From positions 14,948-78,947 of IMG/VR virus record IMGVR_UViG_3300025652_000047: a stretch of DNA of 64,000 bases. One strand, 5' to 3'. The DNA is from a virus. Shown here one piece after another: positions 25,301 to 34,487 of the stretch. The notes under the pieces were generated by a model. It saw only the letters and a list, made by a program, of their open reading frames with translations, was not told the DNA's origin and did not search any database. The position numbers and the translations under genes are program-made. The stretch's first letter is position 1; every line of letters begins with the position of its first letter.

Positions 25301-25764
25301 ACAGAGGAGAGTACTGTAGGTCTTATTTCGAGAAGAAAGGGAAACTACATTTACTAGCTTTAAGACCACAGCATGCAAAGGGAGATGGCATATACGAAAA
25401 AAATGTTACTCAATTTGGATATATGGTTGGAGCTAGAGGAGCAATAGGTAAATTAACTATGGTAGATGATACTAATGATTTTTTATTATCAGATGTAGTT
25501 AGGAGTAATGGTACAAATAAATTAATTGAGACTATACCTTGTATATTTTTAATTAGACAAATAGCACAGTTTACATTGAATGGTAACTTTGATGCAGTAT
25601 CATCTTTAATTTTAGTACCTACATTTATTTCAGAACAAGAGTCCTATATGACTCAAATTAGAAAACAAAAAGAAACAAACAGATTACAGTTTTTATCAAC
25701 AAATAGCGCAATACATGACAAGAATAATAGACACAAAGGAAAAGGTATTAACAGGCTTATCTAA
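22369..25764 (+). CDS. terL: Terminase large subunit (intein-containing; about 793 aa after splicing)
   Basis: Spliced Walker A region TMG|SRGGGKS; VEE Walker B; GTSG; nuclease motifs HDPY, YEAN and NFDAVS; crAss-like size and position. Confidence 0.9.
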   Translation: MKEYKHWNCGQPDWIKIDNIKEFNLDEVKIFHPQDPRYVEYWKQEKKYCIEGRWERQFGGWMHMPGCLYFYGKFGIIVDTDKFTKVTEKIKPLIQDLEFEQAFMFWEARGFSGYIDDDEYTSDNMWFKFNEKGLPTTEEIEKMGDSQRTAVLNLINNNGNLKEYLTPRKNLRRIAEKPLGRPLFQNDAKNKDTMGCHAKDSKFRMYDGSVKEVFDIKIGDALMGPDSSPREVNEILTGENVMVKITPKYGDAFKITPNHILRVRETNKHTNEKLEYDLPVWEYLNKSDSKKSFIEIIDRNKIEYPEVPLVLDPYFIGLWLGDGFKREKLICINQGKDKEILNWLLEYCNSKDNLSYTTSVSKNGLSNGFTTRFRLTDSNLSGKGNYWAKTFRNNKHIPNEYLINSLDNRLKLLAGYIDSDGCYEKKSNRYTITSVDLDLLTQTQELARSCGFRAEINKPSKTGITDSLKYNLRIIGDINSIPVKLSYKKATGIREKFHRNTFTTQVLPPEKFYGVEVDKDHLYMLADGNKDHNSRGGGKSFFEAVAVQLYTLTFDGATEYIIDQVQKVETCIGSGDTDKSGELVQKVVDAMNEFAINPKLGAWGQQGDSDWTPNPFYRDMNGPTNAGNKQKGGWVHKYEKKINGRWVDGFGTGTRMFHVSYSSNKKAGAEAGAGGRYNVSTVEEKGLTILLIMLWNSNRATVMRNGVQFGVQSFLGTSGNAELVLPSKEMFTTPHEFNLVAYPDVWEGTGDLGFFIPAYMTYRQFKDVNGNTDVKAAREHWLKGYLAAGESANPKTLRMYCMNYPDIPSHMWVTDAQYLLPYEEAIDRERHLMDKKLYQTIGTAIDLRWDTSKQNGVTYDIVHNPQPFYDFPIRKDMERMDGEIMMYQTPQEIRGVVPNDMYFFVHDPYVSDNQEDGASLGVTYGFLNPKYSVTHDGSQLVCSYIGKPKGGKKAYYQNLEKLLAFYGNPFRGLAYEANRGEYCRSYFEKKGKLHLLALRPQHAKGDGIYEKNVTQFGYMVGARGAIGKLTMVDDTNDFLLSDVVRSNGTNKLIETIPCIFLIRQIAQFTLNGNFDAVSSLILVPTFISEQESYMTQIRKQKETNRLQFLSTNSAIHDKNNRHKGKGINRLI
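22954..23967 (+). mobile_element. Intein with LAGLIDADG homing endonuclease (338 aa)
   Basis: Starts CHAKDSKFRMYDG and ends DHN|S; block B TPNH; LAGLIDADG motifs FIGLWLGDG and LLAGYIDSDG. Confidence 0.92.
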
Positions 25765-27124
25765 AGCTGCAGATGTAGTAGCCTCCACAATGGGAGCACA
25801 TGGTAAGTATGTACTTATAAACAAGAATGGAGAATCTAGGTTTACAAAAGATGGAGTATCAGTAGCAGAAGAAATTATACTAAGAGATCCTGTAGAAAAT
25901 ATAGGTGCACAGTTAGTTATTAATTCTGCTAAAAAAACAGTAGAAGACTGTGGGGATGGTACAACTGCAACTTCAGTATTACTACGAGCAATGGCTAATA
26001 GAGATATTCCTACTAATACAAGGGAGTATGTATCTAAATTAAAGGAAGATATAGAAACAGTTATTTCCAAAGTAGAGTCAAGTTCTAAAGAGTTAAAGAC
26101 TCTAGATGAATTAGAATCTATAGCCTCTACGTCTGGTAATTCTAAAGAAGTAGGACAAATACTTAAAACTGTATATGAGCAAGTAGGATTAGAGTCTAGA
26201 GTTACTTTAGAAGAAGACGAAGATTCTACAGAAACATATTATGAAGTTGCTAGAGGAGTTGAATTTATAGGTAATACAGGATATATTTCTGAGAGGTTTA
26301 AAAATCAACGTAATGGATACTGTATATTTGAGAATGCATTAGTTATTATAGATGAAAATAAAAGTTCAGACCATACTACATATACGGAAGCTATAAAAGC
26401 TGCCAATGCTATGGGAGCACCTTTAGTAATAATTTCACCTAATTTTTCTAATGCAGTAATATCTACTATAGCTGCAAATATGTCTAAGGGATTAAAAGCT
26501 TGTTTGGTAAGTGCTCCAGGTTGGGGTAGAAATCAAAAAGAGAATTTTAGAGATATAGAAGCTCTTAGAAATGAAAAGTGGCTAGTAGATAAAATAGTTA
26601 TTACTCCAGTAGCATTTACTATCTTCACAGAGAGCAAAGAAGGTATAGATGAGAGAATCAAAGAAGTAGAAGATTCATTCGATGGGTATATAGAAGACCA
26701 TGAAGTAAGATTTGCTGAAGTAAGAATAAATAAACTAAGAGGTTCCACTGCTATTATATATGTAGGAGGAATAACAGAAAAGAACAGACAAGAAGAGTTT
26801 GATAGAATAGAAGATGCTCTAGGAGCTGTACAGACAGCCATAGAGGGAGGATATGTAAAAGGAGGGGGTATCGCACTAGCTGAAGCCGCAAAAGGCTCTC
26901 AGATTGAGGATATATGTTTCTCTCCAGCATTCCAGATTAAAAGTAATGCAGAGTTAGACCAGACTATTGAAGAAGTCAATGTGCTTACTAAGAACCCATG
27001 TAATCTTTTAAAAGAAGGTATTATAGATCCTACTCCAGTAGTAGTTCAATCCTTAAAGAATGCATTTGCATCTTATGAGTTACTTTTAAACACAAATTAT
27101 ATACTAAATAATGAGAGCATTTAA
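25715..27124 (+). CDS. groEL: GroEL-like chaperonin (469 aa)
   Basis: TMGAHG, TKDGVSVA, GDGTT, APGWG, DRIEDAL, GGGIAL, GIIDP. Confidence 0.9.
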   Translation: MTRIIDTKEKVLTGLSKAADVVASTMGAHGKYVLINKNGESRFTKDGVSVAEEIILRDPVENIGAQLVINSAKKTVEDCGDGTTATSVLLRAMANRDIPTNTREYVSKLKEDIETVISKVESSSKELKTLDELESIASTSGNSKEVGQILKTVYEQVGLESRVTLEEDEDSTETYYEVARGVEFIGNTGYISERFKNQRNGYCIFENALVIIDENKSSDHTTYTEAIKAANAMGAPLVIISPNFSNAVISTIAANMSKGLKACLVSAPGWGRNQKENFRDIEALRNEKWLVDKIVITPVAFTIFTESKEGIDERIKEVEDSFDGYIEDHEVRFAEVRINKLRGSTAIIYVGGITEKNRQEEFDRIEDALGAVQTAIEGGYVKGGGIALAEAAKGSQIEDICFSPAFQIKSNAELDQTIEEVNVLTKNPCNLLKEGIIDPTPVVVQSLKNAFASYELLLNTNYILNNESI

Positions 27125-29699
27125 TACAGCGAATATACCGCTAAATTTAAAAGTACCAGATTCTAAGAAAGTTAAGGACTGGTATATAGATTACATGGAG
27201 TACTCCGTCCCTTATAAAGACGCATATATAGAAGACTACAACAGACTCCATAAGAATTACCAGATTTACAATGGAGATTTGTCAAGCATAAAAGAGGAGA
27301 CAAAGAAAGTTTGTAATCCTTTAGGAGTCTATTCAGACTTTAACATAGAGGAAGAGTTAGTATCTTACCCTAAATTGCATAACCTAGTTAACATTCTAAA
27401 AGGTGAGAAACTAAAAAGGGTAGAGGATTTCAAGGTTATGATTCTTTCTGCTAAAGCAATTAAAGATAAAAATGAGCAGTTATTAGCTGCTATAAGTGCA
27501 TCTGTAGAGGAAAGGGTACAGATTAAGATACAGGAGATGCAGGCACGTATGGAAGGTATGCCACCTACTGAGATTGAAAAAATGATCCAAGAGCTGCGGA
27601 CACAAGAAGAGCCAGCAGATATTAGATTAAAAAACTTTACATCTGAATGGGAAATATTTTACTCGCATGCTTTAAAATTCTGTAAGACCACTCAAGAGAC
27701 TAAAGCAAAGGAGCTTGATACAATTGCAGATTTAATTATAAATGATAGGTTCTTTGTTCACTCAGGATGGAAACATGGAGTACCTGTAGTAGAAGTATGG
27801 AATCCTTTAAGCACTAAGTTTCATAAATCTCCTAATGAGCCTAAGATACACAAAGGAGATTGGATTGCACATATAGATACTCTTTCTCCAGCTCAAGTAA
27901 TAGAAGAGTACATAGATGATCTTTCTGATAAAGAGATAGAAGAGTATTCATTTATATCTAGTTCAATTAGAGACAAAAGAAATTCATTAGGTGTAGGGTC
28001 TAGAAGTATCCAAGGGTATGAAAAAGACTATGACTATTTAGAAGAGTTATATGATGAAAATATAGCAAATCAAAAGAGATCTGATGGGTTATATCAAAGT
28101 CAAAATTTAAGAGAAAATCAGTTAGTTACTAGGACTAGGTTTGAGTTCAAGGCGTTTAAGCCTGTGTACTTTATGAGTTATATTAATGAATTAGGAGAGA
28201 AGCTTACTTTACTAGTAAGAAATGACTTTGAGATTCCTAAAACTGCAGAGAAAGTAAAGTTTACTAATAAATTTGGACATAAGACTTCTAAGTATGTATG
28301 GATGGATGATGATTCTGAATATACAGCAGAGGAGATCTGGATACCAAGAAAATATGAAATAACTAGATTAGACTCTGATAAGTATTTAAGATATAGAGAA
28401 GTACCTTACCAAACTACCAACTTAGAAAATCCTTATGCTAATTTTTCTTTATCTACTAAAGGAATTGTTTTAACAGCTAGGAATGCAGATTCAGTATCTT
28501 TATTTGAACGAGCATTGCCATTATATATGCAGTACTTGTTTGTAAAGAATATACAGAATAGAGAGTTAGCAAAGTATGAAGGGTATGTACAAAATATAGA
28601 TATTGATCAAATACCAGAGTCTTTAGGTAAAGATGTTGATGGAGAGATTATTAATGATCCTCTAAAGGTAGCACTAGTTTACCAAAGATATTTAGGTAAG
28701 AACTTTTATTCTGGATCTCAAGTAGGAGTATCTGGGTTACCTAATCCTCAAAGAACACCTGGAGGACATGGTATGATGTTATCTACTGCTAATGAAATAT
28801 ATCTTCTACAGCAGTTATTAGAGTTATTAGAAAGAGAAATGTCTATGTCTATGGGAATAAGTCCACAAAGACAAGCTGCATTTAGTTCTAATTCAAATGT
28901 ATCTGATAACCAACAAGCTATTGCTCAATCTCACCATATTACTGAGCCATTGTTTTTTGCACACTCTCAAGTATGGGCAGATGTATTTAATGACTACTTA
29001 GGTAACTTTAGAACTTATGCAGAGAGAGTATTACTAGAAGATAAAGAAGAACATTCATTAGAGTACTTACTTGAAGATGGTACTAGAGAGTTATTTAAAA
29101 TAACTAATAAATCTGTAGAAATGCTAAATACTATGGTATTCTGTACTAATACAGGTAATAACATAGAGTATCAGAACTATATGAAGCAGAACTCTCAAGC
29201 TTTTTCTCAAAACCCAGATGGTATGGAATCAGTATCAATGTTACTGAAGTCTATTACATCAGGACAGTCTGCAGAAGAGACACATAAGTTAATTCAGTTA
29301 GAAATTAAAAAGCAACAAGATAGAATGCAAGCAAATCAAGAAGCTAGTATCCAATCTCAAGAGAAGATGGCACAGATGCAGAAAGAACAAGTAGAAGATG
29401 CACAAGCTCACGAAATACAGTTAATGGGTATGCGTAATGCATCTAGTGAGAAAATAGCTGCTATGAATAATACAGCTAGATCTGAAGATAAAGATGCTGA
29501 CAATGATGGAGTGCCTGATTACATGGAAGTATTAAAGTTAGGTCAAGATGCAGAGATTAAAAGTAGAGAGTTAGATATTAAAGACCGTGATATGGATATC
29601 AAAGAATCTAAACTTAGGAGTGAAAAGGAGATTAAAGAAAAAGATATTGCTAGTAAAGAGAAAATAGCAGCATCTAAATCTACTCAAAATAGTAATTAA
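27111..29699 (+). CDS. Portal protein (crAss-type)
   Basis: 862 aa after the terminase; GISPQRQA, SHHITEPLF and a coiled-coil C-terminus typical of crAss portals. Confidence 0.85.
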   Translation: MRAFNTANIPLNLKVPDSKKVKDWYIDYMEYSVPYKDAYIEDYNRLHKNYQIYNGDLSSIKEETKKVCNPLGVYSDFNIEEELVSYPKLHNLVNILKGEKLKRVEDFKVMILSAKAIKDKNEQLLAAISASVEERVQIKIQEMQARMEGMPPTEIEKMIQELRTQEEPADIRLKNFTSEWEIFYSHALKFCKTTQETKAKELDTIADLIINDRFFVHSGWKHGVPVVEVWNPLSTKFHKSPNEPKIHKGDWIAHIDTLSPAQVIEEYIDDLSDKEIEEYSFISSSIRDKRNSLGVGSRSIQGYEKDYDYLEELYDENIANQKRSDGLYQSQNLRENQLVTRTRFEFKAFKPVYFMSYINELGEKLTLLVRNDFEIPKTAEKVKFTNKFGHKTSKYVWMDDDSEYTAEEIWIPRKYEITRLDSDKYLRYREVPYQTTNLENPYANFSLSTKGIVLTARNADSVSLFERALPLYMQYLFVKNIQNRELAKYEGYVQNIDIDQIPESLGKDVDGEIINDPLKVALVYQRYLGKNFYSGSQVGVSGLPNPQRTPGGHGMMLSTANEIYLLQQLLELLEREMSMSMGISPQRQAAFSSNSNVSDNQQAIAQSHHITEPLFFAHSQVWADVFNDYLGNFRTYAERVLLEDKEEHSLEYLLEDGTRELFKITNKSVEMLNTMVFCTNTGNNIEYQNYMKQNSQAFSQNPDGMESVSMLLKSITSGQSAEETHKLIQLEIKKQQDRMQANQEASIQSQEKMAQMQKEQVEDAQAHEIQLMGMRNASSEKIAAMNNTARSEDKDADNDGVPDYMEVLKLGQDAEIKSRELDIKDRDMDIKESKLRSEKEIKEKDIASKEKIAASKSTQNSN

Positions 29700-29714
29700 T
29701 TTTACTAAAAGTTA

Positions 29715-29770
29715 AATATGTTTGGAACTTCAAATAGTGTCTAGTATACATTTTGAAGTTTCAACATATT
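29715..29770. promoter_or_regulatory. Long imperfect inverted repeat upstream of the scaffold/capsid genes
   Basis: AATATGTT(T)GGAACTTCAAA ... TTTGAAGTTTCAACATATT. Confidence 0.45.
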
Positions 29771-29803
29771 ATATTATATTTATAAAACATAAAAAGAAAA
29801 ATT

Positions 29804-30829
29804 ATGGAAAATACGTTTGAGATTCCACTAGTGGATGACCTATTAGACAATGAAGATGTAGAAGTAATAACAGACCCTGACTTTTACAAGGATGGTGATG
29901 TAGATAGTTCTACAGAAAAGGAAGATACTATAGAAGAAGATAGTATTTCCTCTACAGAAGATGTAGAAGATGCAGAAGTAGAAGAAGAAATTGCAGTTAA
30001 TGAAGATCCTACTGCTGTTGGTACATATAAGACTTTAATAGATAAAGGTTTTATATCCGAAAGGGAGGACTGGGATGGAACATTTGATAAATTAGATGAA
30101 ATCTTTGATGAGATTCCAGAAAATGTAAAGAATGATATTCTATCTAATACTAACCCTAAAGGTAAGCAGATAATGGAATTTATCATGAATAAAGGTCACG
30201 ACCTTGATGATGATGATATCCAAGGATTTCTAAACCTTTACAGTCAACCAACTGAAGTTGATTCAATAAGTGCAGCAAAAGACATAATTACTGCACAATT
30301 AAAGTCTCAAGGATTTGATGATGATATGATCGAATCTAATATTGACCTTTTAGAGTCCAAAGACTACGAAGGGGAAGCTTTAAAAGAACTAGCTAATAAA
30401 TATGTTAAGGGTACTGCACAGGATCCAGACAAAGTATTAGAAGCTCAGAGACAAGAACAGATGGAGCTAGAAGCTGCACAAAGGGAATTTACTAATCATT
30501 TATATGATAATATAGATAATAATAAATACCCAAAAAGAACAAAAGAAGCTATAAAAGCTAATTATAGAAGTAATGCATATGTAGATAGATTTACAGAAGC
30601 ATTTACGAATCCAGAAGCATTAGTACAATTAATAACATTAAGCCAGTACTATGATTCAAAGACAAAAACATTTGACCTGACCGAGTTTGCAAAAGTAGCA
30701 GCTTCTAAGCAGGTAGAAAAATTAAAAGACAACTCCATTAGGCAAAACTATAGTTCAACGACACAAAATGGTCAAAAAGCTAAAGGAAAGTCTAGCCCAA
30801 TGGATGATGTTCAATTTGTTAATCCTTAA
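29804..30829 (+). CDS. Probable capsid scaffolding protein
   Basis: Very acidic N-terminus and helical C-terminus; between portal and major capsid protein. Confidence 0.7.
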   Translation: MENTFEIPLVDDLLDNEDVEVITDPDFYKDGDVDSSTEKEDTIEEDSISSTEDVEDAEVEEEIAVNEDPTAVGTYKTLIDKGFISEREDWDGTFDKLDEIFDEIPENVKNDILSNTNPKGKQIMEFIMNKGHDLDDDDIQGFLNLYSQPTEVDSISAAKDIITAQLKSQGFDDDMIESNIDLLESKDYEGEALKELANKYVKGTAQDPDKVLEAQRQEQMELEAAQREFTNHLYDNIDNNKYPKRTKEAIKANYRSNAYVDRFTEAFTNPEALVQLITLSQYYDSKTKTFDLTEFAKVAASKQVEKLKDNSIRQNYSSTTQNGQKAKGKSSPMDDVQFVNP

Positions 30830-30845
30830 TATAAATAAATAAAAA

Positions 30846-32474
30846 ATGAGTACATTTAGAAAAACCGCATTGGAGTTTACACGAAGAGAAACTCTTGGAG
30901 GTTCATTTCAGGACTCATTCTCACATGCGCAGATGTTTAAAAAGTATGGTCCTCACAACTTCGGTGTGAGAGGAGCACAACTGTTTTCATCTAAACCTGG
31001 GTCACATTTACTTAATAAAAAATTCCTTTACATGACTAAAGGAAATAATAACGTACATACACTCCGTCCAGGAGTTGATGATTATAAGTGGGCTTTGATT
31101 AGTGAGACTGAGACAGCATTTACTATTACTGATGTTCTAGTACCCCTAGACAGTAAACCAGGTAGAGCTGGGCTATCCTTTATGATTGGACTTGATACTC
31201 CACATGTACATGAGCCTACAGTACTTAAAACTGAAAGTTCTGATGCACCTATGATGAAAATTATAGGACATGGTAAAAGAGTATCTGATAATAATTATCA
31301 CTATGTAGTAGAACTACAAGATGGAGATCCAAGTTCATGGATAGATATCAAATACCTAATGCCAGGTAGAAAAGTTATTGATGCAACTACACAAGTAGCA
31401 ACAGAACTTAACACAAAATATTCAGCTCCTATTTTTAATCAAATGTTTGAACTACAATCTGTAGTTGGTGCATTTGCTAGAAAAGTAGAAGTTACTGATA
31501 AATTTATCAGACTAGAGATGGGTTGTAGACAAGGTGGTTCTGCATCTGGTATGTCTTACTCTGATGGTACAAGCTCTCACAATGGAGAAGCTCTAGGAGT
31601 AGGGTATATGTATTACTCTGAAACTAAGAACCTTGGAAACAAAGGTAAAGGTGGAAAGAGTACTAGAGTAATGGCTGGTACATATCTTACTAAGATGGAA
31701 TCTATTCTAGAAGAAAGAATTCACAGAGATGTTGAATTCAATATGGAATGGGGTCGTCTACAGTTCTCACAAGATCATGATTCTGGAAGACCTATCAAAA
31801 CACCTCCAGGATGGAGACAGTTAGTAAAAGATGGTAACTTCTATTCTCATAATGGTTCGTTAACTCTTTCAGATTTATCTGAATACCTAATGTCTGTATT
31901 TATTACAAGACGAGATTTCTCTGATAGATTGATTATTCTTTCTACAGGAGAAGCAGGAGTTGACTTCTTCCACAGATTAATTGCAAGAGAAGCTTCACAG
32001 TTCCAATATGTAACTGTTGATGATAAGTTTATCCGTAATGTAGATTCTAGATTCCACCAAAACTCTTTAGAGTATGGATCTCAGTTTACATCTATTAGAC
32101 TTACAAACGGTCTAGTGATCCAAGTTCAACATGATCCAATTAAAGATGATAGAAATCTATTCTCTGAAATGGCTCCAGGAGCTGACAGAACATTAGAAAG
32201 TTATGCATATGATATCTTTGATTTCGGAGCTACTGACCAAAAAGCAGCAGCAGCAGGAAATGCTAACATTACATGTATACAAGAAGGTGGAGTAGAATCT
32301 TACTACACAGTATCTAACATATACGATCCTGTTACAGGAGCAATCAATGACGGTTCAAATGCCTATTCTAATAATAAGAAAATGGGTATGTATAGAGAAA
32401 TGTCAAGTGGGCTTTGTGTATGGGATACAGAAAGAATTGGTAGAATTGAATTTGATCCTACTTTAGATTACTAA
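30846..32474 (+). CDS. Major capsid protein (crAss-type HK97 fold)
   Basis: 542 aa; GWRQL and TGEAG motifs; strong A-rich initiation region; conserved position. Confidence 0.85.
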   Translation: MSTFRKTALEFTRRETLGGSFQDSFSHAQMFKKYGPHNFGVRGAQLFSSKPGSHLLNKKFLYMTKGNNNVHTLRPGVDDYKWALISETETAFTITDVLVPLDSKPGRAGLSFMIGLDTPHVHEPTVLKTESSDAPMMKIIGHGKRVSDNNYHYVVELQDGDPSSWIDIKYLMPGRKVIDATTQVATELNTKYSAPIFNQMFELQSVVGAFARKVEVTDKFIRLEMGCRQGGSASGMSYSDGTSSHNGEALGVGYMYYSETKNLGNKGKGGKSTRVMAGTYLTKMESILEERIHRDVEFNMEWGRLQFSQDHDSGRPIKTPPGWRQLVKDGNFYSHNGSLTLSDLSEYLMSVFITRRDFSDRLIILSTGEAGVDFFHRLIAREASQFQYVTVDDKFIRNVDSRFHQNSLEYGSQFTSIRLTNGLVIQVQHDPIKDDRNLFSEMAPGADRTLESYAYDIFDFGATDQKAAAAGNANITCIQEGGVESYYTVSNIYDPVTGAINDGSNAYSNNKKMGMYREMSSGLCVWDTERIGRIEFDPTLDY

Positions 32475-32589
32475 AAATCGCTATCTGTTTTTGATTATAT
32501 ATAGATAATCAAACTGGAGATTGGTTATAGGTGACAACATGAAAAGGAACCTATTTTTTTTAAATTAACAACGAAAAAGTTAAAATGAT

Positions 32590-33720
32590 ATGAAAAATCA
32601 TACATTATATGTTAATCCTGTACAAGGGATTAGTGTCCAAGGAAGGCACACAAGAACTTACAAAACATTTGATCCTGTAACAGGAGAAGAAGTTAATAGA
32701 AGTCCTATTAATCAATCAAGAGGGTCAAAGGTACATGATCAGTATAAGTTTAAAGCAGATTATGCTAAACGAAGATTGATTACTGGTTTAGATGTACTAA
32801 TTGAAAATCCTTTTAAAGGTAAAAAAGCTACTGAGTTACAAGTAGAATATGGTCTATCAAAGTTATGGGATTCATTATTAGAATCATTAGTAATAGAAGA
32901 TAAGATTTCAAAACAAAGAGAATTTGAAGTAAAAGATGGAGTAGATCCAGATTTCTATACTTCAGAAATGAAAGGTGCAACTTTAATGGATGCAGGAAAA
33001 GGTACTGAACGAGATGCAGAAGCCCCAACCTTTCTACAAAAATTTAAGATTGTTCTTTATCCTAGAACTAATAGATTTTCATCAGACTCACCTAGAGGAA
33101 GGTTATCTATGCAGTTGATAAAGAATCATAATAGGATTGCAAGCTCACTAGATGATATTAATCCTACTTCGCATAGATTCTTTATTTCTGAAGAAAATGA
33201 AGCTACAGAAAGAAGAGTTAAACGAAGAGAGAAGATTACTGAAGCAGCATACAACTATGAAACTCTTAAACGTAAGTTTGAGGCTTTAGATAGATACAAA
33301 GCAGCGATAGTACTAAAAGATAATAATGGTATTAACATCCTAAAAGGACGAGCTACTGATGATAAAGTAAAAGAAGTTTTACTTGAGTATATCTCTAGTA
33401 CTAATAGGCATCAACTTTCTAATGGGGAAAGGTTAACTGCTTTAGTTGAAAGAATGGGTATAGCTGAAGAGTCTTATAAAATAGATATTGAGTACTTAAT
33501 ACAACAAGCTCTAAATGGTAATGTAATTACTGCTAGAGATGGAAGGTATACATGGCACTCACAAATACAAGATCCTAATGTAGGGGAGTTTACTTCATCA
33601 CTTACATTTAAAAACTTTATTCTTTCTGAATATGAAAAATACTCTCCAAAGAGTAAATCTCAGAACTGGTATAAGATTTTATTTGATGAAGTTAAATCAA
33701 AAGACATTTGGATAGAATAA
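32590..33720 (+). CDS. Conserved protein downstream of the major capsid protein
   Basis: 376 aa; position in the crAss capsid module. Confidence 0.65.
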   Translation: MKNHTLYVNPVQGISVQGRHTRTYKTFDPVTGEEVNRSPINQSRGSKVHDQYKFKADYAKRRLITGLDVLIENPFKGKKATELQVEYGLSKLWDSLLESLVIEDKISKQREFEVKDGVDPDFYTSEMKGATLMDAGKGTERDAEAPTFLQKFKIVLYPRTNRFSSDSPRGRLSMQLIKNHNRIASSLDDINPTSHRFFISEENEATERRVKRREKITEAAYNYETLKRKFEALDRYKAAIVLKDNNGINILKGRATDDKVKEVLLEYISSTNRHQLSNGERLTALVERMGIAEESYKIDIEYLIQQALNGNVITARDGRYTWHSQIQDPNVGEFTSSLTFKNFILSEYEKYSPKSKSQNWYKILFDEVKSKDIWIE

Positions 33721-33721
33721 T

Positions 33722-34468
33722 ATGGATGCATTAATTGAGAGAGTACACGTACTGGTAAAGGCTAAGGTAGAAAAGCTAGATTCAAATTCTAGATATGATC
33801 TACCCCCAGCATTAATAGATGAGCTGATTAATGTTAGTCAGGATAACTATGTAGATGCAGCATTTGCAGGTACTGTACTGGCTCAAGGAATGGGGTTTGA
33901 AGCTACACAAATGAGAATAGATATGATATCTAATTTGGTAGTAAAGCAACCTGAGCAAGCTCCTTTATTCCCTATATCTCATAATGATGGGGTTTATGAA
34001 GTGCCATTTTCATATCTTACACATAAGTATAGACATTTAGTAAGAGTTAGTATTCAGACAGATTGTGGTCCAGTTAATTTAAAGCTAGACCAACATAATC
34101 AATTAAATACTATTTTAAATGATCAATTTTCAAAGCCTTCTAGAAAATGGAAAAGAATTCCGTTTACTATTGCAAGGGCATCATCAGGGAATGGATCTGC
34201 TTTATACTTATACACAAACAAGGAATTTACAATTTCAACAGTAGATGTTGAATATATTAAACAACCTAGAAGAGCTTTTATTGGTGGCTATAATAGTATA
34301 GAAACTACTAAAAACTTAGAAGGTTATTCACAGACTGATGATTCAGTTAATCCAGAAATAGATGAAACTTTCATTGATGTTCTAGTTAACTTTGTTGTTA
34401 GGGAATGGGAGGCTATGCAGATTACTGACTATAATGTAGCACAGAGTCAATTATCTTCCAATATTTAA
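33722..34468 (+). CDS. Probable neck/ring protein
   Basis: GFEATQMRIDMISNL, YIKQP and PEIDE motifs typical of crAss ring proteins. Confidence 0.65.
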   Translation: MDALIERVHVLVKAKVEKLDSNSRYDLPPALIDELINVSQDNYVDAAFAGTVLAQGMGFEATQMRIDMISNLVVKQPEQAPLFPISHNDGVYEVPFSYLTHKYRHLVRVSIQTDCGPVNLKLDQHNQLNTILNDQFSKPSRKWKRIPFTIARASSGNGSALYLYTNKEFTISTVDVEYIKQPRRAFIGGYNSIETTKNLEGYSQTDDSVNPEIDETFIDVLVNFVVREWEAMQITDYNVAQSQLSSNI

Positions 34469-34487
34469 TTAAAATAATTTTATTAAA

